Below are positions 62,930-64,000 of a stretch of 64,000 bases of DNA, one piece after another. The translations under genes and the position numbers were made by a program. The stretch covers positions 22,619 through 86,618 of the forward strand of contig CALXTQ010000018.1 in assembly GCA_944391485.1 (NCBI GenBank), in the 5' to 3' direction. Position 1 is the first letter of the stretch, and every line of letters begins with the position of its first letter. The DNA is from an uncultured Alphaproteobacteria bacterium (GTDB taxonomy: Bacteria > Pseudomonadota > Alphaproteobacteria > RF32 > CAG-239). The notes beneath the pieces are model-generated. The model was not told the DNA's origin. It worked only from the letters and a program-made list of their open reading frames with translations, and searched no databases.

Positions 62930-64000
62930 ATGAACAAAAAAGAGAGAACCTGTTACGTACAGGTTGTGTATGATCTGGTGAACGGCAAAGAACCTCACTG
63001 GGAAATGTATCCTGAATTTGCCGAAAGAGGCCATTCCGAGAAAGCATTCAACGATTATGTAAAATATGTCAGAATGGCATTGTACATAGTCCGCAATATG
63101 CCGGGAAACCCGAATACGCAGAAAGAATATGCGCAACGGATGCTGGAATATGTAACTTGTCCCAACGGGATAAATTATCAGAAATTTCATGCTGCGGCAG
63201 AAAAATTCGGAATAAAAAATCCGGCGGCGGGCTTGTCGGATATTGAGGTCAACGCAGCGCAGGCGCCAGTTCCCCGCTATCGTCTTACGGAGGATGAAAT
63301 TAACATAATCCTGACGGCGGAAGAGTTTGGGAGCGGCCCTCTGGGAAAAGTTCTTGAGTATGAGGACCGGGGCAGGAAAAAAAGCGTGCTTTCGGTAGAT
63401 TACCGCTTGATCAAGGCCAATGTCGGCGGCCGTCCCGATATCTTTTTGGTTTATTCGGGGCATCAGCAGACAGGCTTTAAAGCAGCCGAAATGATATATA
63501 ATTATATAGATCATAACGGCAAGCTTCCCGAAGGCGTGTTCCATACCGGGCTGGAAGACAACCAGAACCTCACGGAGTTTAACGAAAAATTTAAATTCCG
63601 CAGATACTCGGAGGCGGATACCTATGCTTCCGAAGAAGAGGCGATGGGAATTCCCAAAAGCGTAACCCGTAAAATGTGGATTTGCCCGACGGATACCGAC
63701 ACTTTCCAGAATATTGATGTAACCGCGTCAATCAAACGCCGGTTTGGTATCAAAGAATGCAACCTGATAATTATCGGTTATCCGGTATATCAGTTGCGAA
63801 CTGCCACCGAGTTTGCCTGGGGATTGTCGCATAACCCGGAGGCACCTGATTGTTATATCACCATTGCCGACATTCCGACCAAGCAATATATTGAAGCGGA
63901 AGGAAGCGAGGGAACATACGACGATTACCGTGTTTTGAGTTATGATCAGCCGGAATGGCAGCTTGCCGATTTAAGTCTGGCCAACTGCTGCGCCCATGTT
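62930..64000 (+). CDS. hypothetical protein, 3' end outside the window (absent from the supplied ORF track)
   Basis: My own translation from the ATG at 62930 is open for 357 codons to base 64000: MNKKERTCYVQVVYDLVNGKEPHWEMYPEF...LVYSGHQQTGF...NLIIIGYPVYQLRTATEFAWG.... Composition is typical of coding sequence. The LVYSGH / IIIGYPVYQLR pair is faintly DUF218/YdcF-like. Confidence 0.6.
   Translation, partial: MNKKERTCYVQVVYDLVNGKEPHWEMYPEFAERGHSEKAFNDYVKYVRMALYIVRNMPGNPNTQKEYAQRMLEYVTCPNGINYQKFHAAAEKFGIKNPAAGLSDIEVNAAQAPVPRYRLTEDEINIILTAEEFGSGPLGKVLEYEDRGRKKSVLSVDYRLIKANVGGRPDIFLVYSGHQQTGFKAAEMIYNYIDHNGKLPEGVFHTGLEDNQNLTEFNEKFKFRRYSEADTYASEEEAMGIPKSVTRKMWICPTDTDTFQNIDVTASIKRRFGIKECNLIIIGYPVYQLRTATEFAWGLSHNPEAPDCYITIADIPTKQYIEAEGSEGTYDDYRVLSYDQPEWQLADLSLANCCAHV

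Overview
64 kb of a Gram-negative chromosome, shown by kdsB, murA and a TolC-like outer-membrane lipoprotein. The gene set and order (sucCD, GAF-ptsP, rodZ-like, hisS, prfA, dnaE) look alphaproteobacterial. nrdDG, ldh and sdaA suggest an anaerobic lifestyle. Both points are inference only. Most of the window is housekeeping: sufS/sufT/sufE, sucCD, comF, murA, kdsB, ogt, ldh, trpS, serS, sdaA, ptsP, hisS, prfA, dnaE, pepF, nrdDG and one tRNA-Thr(GGU). The parts worth a second look are: (1) a ~4.6 kb AT-rich, integrase-less island at tRNA-Thr (about 9.2-13.8 kb). It is bounded by a duplicated tRNA 3' end and split into three two-gene cassettes by recurring junction modules that reuse the tRNA T-loop octamer AGTCCGAT. 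Its cargo includes a GIY-YIG and a NERD/Zn-finger nuclease-like protein. (2) A 798-aa secreted Cys-rich/beta-helix-like protein followed by a promoterless, frameshifted alternative C-terminal cassette. (3) A class III ribonucleotide reductase whose glycyl-radical loop sits in a separate 68-aa ORF, preceded by tandem NrdR-box-like sites and DnaA-box-like motifs. (4) A membrane-anchored Memo-AMMECR1 fusion with no adjacent radical-SAM partner. (5) An orphan VirB8-like gene divergent from a TolC-like lipoprotein with an Ig-like tail, with a ~37-bp-periodic TTCCGGAA palindrome array downstream. (6) Reduced versions of multidomain enzymes: a GlmU N-domain only and a single-RecA DEAD-box-like protein. 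One real ORF (62930 to the window end) is missing from the supplied ORF track. All family assignments come from motifs read by eye; no database search was possible.
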